Source of the DNA: a virus
Taxonomy: Duplodnaviria; Caudoviricetes
Reading direction: 5' to 3' (one strand)
Length of the DNA: 64,000 bases
Virus record (IMG/VR): IMGVR_UViG_2924943408_000006
Coordinates: 5,480-69,479 of that record
Positions 62,832 through 64,000 of this stretch are shown one piece after another. A program made the translations under genes and the position numbers. The notes under the pieces were generated by a model. That model was not told where the DNA came from. It ran no database searches and saw only the letters and a list, made by a program, of their open reading frames with translations. Position 1 is the stretch's first letter. The number at the start of each line of letters is the position of its first letter.

Positions 62832-63033
62832 CCAGCATAACTGGCCCGTCATAATCCATTCAGTCACATCACAGATAGTCCGCTACTGGCGACAAGGCCG
62901 GGTCAACACCGCTTCAATAGACCGCTTTAATAACGATTTCGAGCACCTCGACCCACACGAGGCGGCACAGATACGCGCCGAACTTGAAACAGCAGAACAC
63001 TTAAAACGCCTCCGCGCTATGCGGGCGGCATGA
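62794..63033 (+). CDS. DUF4222-like protein
   Basis: MFQLIQRGQIYADQHNWPV.I...VRYWR...FNNDFE. Confidence 0.7.
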   Translation: MFQLIQRGQIYADQHNWPVIIHSVTSQIVRYWRQGRVNTASIDRFNNDFEHLDPHEAAQIRAELETAEHLKRLRAMRAA

Positions 63034-63042
63034 GGGATAACA

Positions 63043-63660
63043 ATGTCAGATCAAAGCAAATTTTACGATTACTACATGGTGGAAGGCGATGATGTGAAAT
63101 CGCTGATTGATGGATATGAGGAAATCAGTAAACAAAGAAACGCCATTCTTCCTGATGCAGTAGGAAAGGTTGGCGCTATCGCATGGACAACATCAAGCGG
63201 ATGGGGTGGTGGCGGTGGATTGCTCAGTGGCTTTGTGTGGGAAAAGGGATATGAGTTCCCCTGCCCCATGACCATTAAGCGAGAAGAAATGTTTGATGGT
63301 AAGCGCGTAGTCCTTGGTAGAGGAAAAGGAAATACGAAAGAAGGCCGGGCTTACAACAAGGTGCTCGACGCCGTGAAGGAAGAAGCAAACAAAAAGCTTA
63401 AATCACTTCCTGAGTGGAATGACTACATAGTCAATCATTACAGAATTATGCGCACGGGTATTGGTGGTCAGTCTGGCAGAGGTTTCGGATTTGCCATGCT
63501 ATCAACATATGGAGGAAAGCACCCTGAGCGCGATGATTGCCTGGTTTTTGCAATACCTAACGATAAAGAAGAACGGCACGGTGACGTAGTGATACCGGAT
63601 AACTTCCAGAAGATAACCTACGGTCAGTTTTACGACATCGTTAACACACCACATGAATGA
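63043..63660 (+). CDS. Eac-like early protein
   Basis: 205 aa, position just before excisionase as in P22-like phages. Confidence 0.6.
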   Translation: MSDQSKFYDYYMVEGDDVKSLIDGYEEISKQRNAILPDAVGKVGAIAWTTSSGWGGGGGLLSGFVWEKGYEFPCPMTIKREEMFDGKRVVLGRGKGNTKEGRAYNKVLDAVKEEANKKLKSLPEWNDYIVNHYRIMRTGIGGQSGRGFGFAMLSTYGGKHPERDDCLVFAIPNDKEERHGDVVIPDNFQKITYGQFYDIVNTPHE

Positions 63661-63730
63661 CGCAACTGATAGCTGATTCACTGAGTCGGCTATTGGGTGC
63701 GAATGCACTGCCACGTTATCCCCCCATTTG

Positions 63731-63758
63731 CCCGGCCAATAGTGCCGGGTTCTTTTTG
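63731..63758 (+). terminator. Hairpin/T-run upstream of torI
   Basis: CCCGGC-CAATAGT-GCCGGG followed by TTCTTTTT. Confidence 0.5.
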
Positions 63759-63799
63759 CCTGGCTTCCAGGTTCGATTTCCAAACCGGAGATGAAACCC

Positions 63800-64000
63800 A
63801 TGCAACACCAATTACAGCCCGATTCACTGGTTGATCTGAAATTCATCATGGCAGATACTGGTTTCGGAAAGACCTTCATCTATGACCGCATCAAAGACGG
63901 CACCCTGCCAAAAAGCAAACTCATCCACGGCCGCGCACGCTGGCTATATAGTGAACACTGCGAGTTCAAACAAAAACTCTTAAGCCGCCTCGATGGGTAA
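63800..64000 (+). CDS. torI: TorI-type recombination directionality factor (excisionase)
   Basis: MQH.LQPDSLVDLKFIMADTGFGKTFIYDRIK.G.LPK.K.IHGRARWLY..HCEFK.KLLSR, near-identical to KplE1 TorI. Confidence 0.92.
   Translation: MQHQLQPDSLVDLKFIMADTGFGKTFIYDRIKDGTLPKSKLIHGRARWLYSEHCEFKQKLLSRLDG

Overview
The window is almost entirely prophage DNA from an enterobacterial host and contains two nested prophages. Positions 1 to ~24505 (+ strand) are the middle/late half and right end of a Mu-like transposable myophage: gemA end, Mor/C activator, lysis cassette, terminases, head, contractile tail, one Gly-rich tail fibre, a serine invertase and three end repeats. That right end abuts the 3' third of an IntS (KplE1/Sf6/HK620-type) tyrosine integrase. 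The integrase belongs to a P22/Sf6/HK620-like podoviral prophage (~24505-64000), which carries gtrABC O-antigen glucosylation genes and, on the minus strand, an apparently intact virion operon with a P22-type pac site. It also has a Tad2-like (DUF2829) gene, lysis genes, tRNA-Arg(TCT), Q, nin genes, replication genes, a cro/cI switch, N, erf/ssb, an adenine methylase and a TorI-type excisionase at the far end. The most notable feature is the architecture. The Mu-like phage has apparently transposed into the integrase, probably locking an otherwise complete headful-packaging phage in the chromosome. Its pac site points towards the Mu-like genome, a set-up predicted to favour lateral-transduction or GTA-like packaging. 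Protein family calls come from motif recognition and synteny only; no database search was run.
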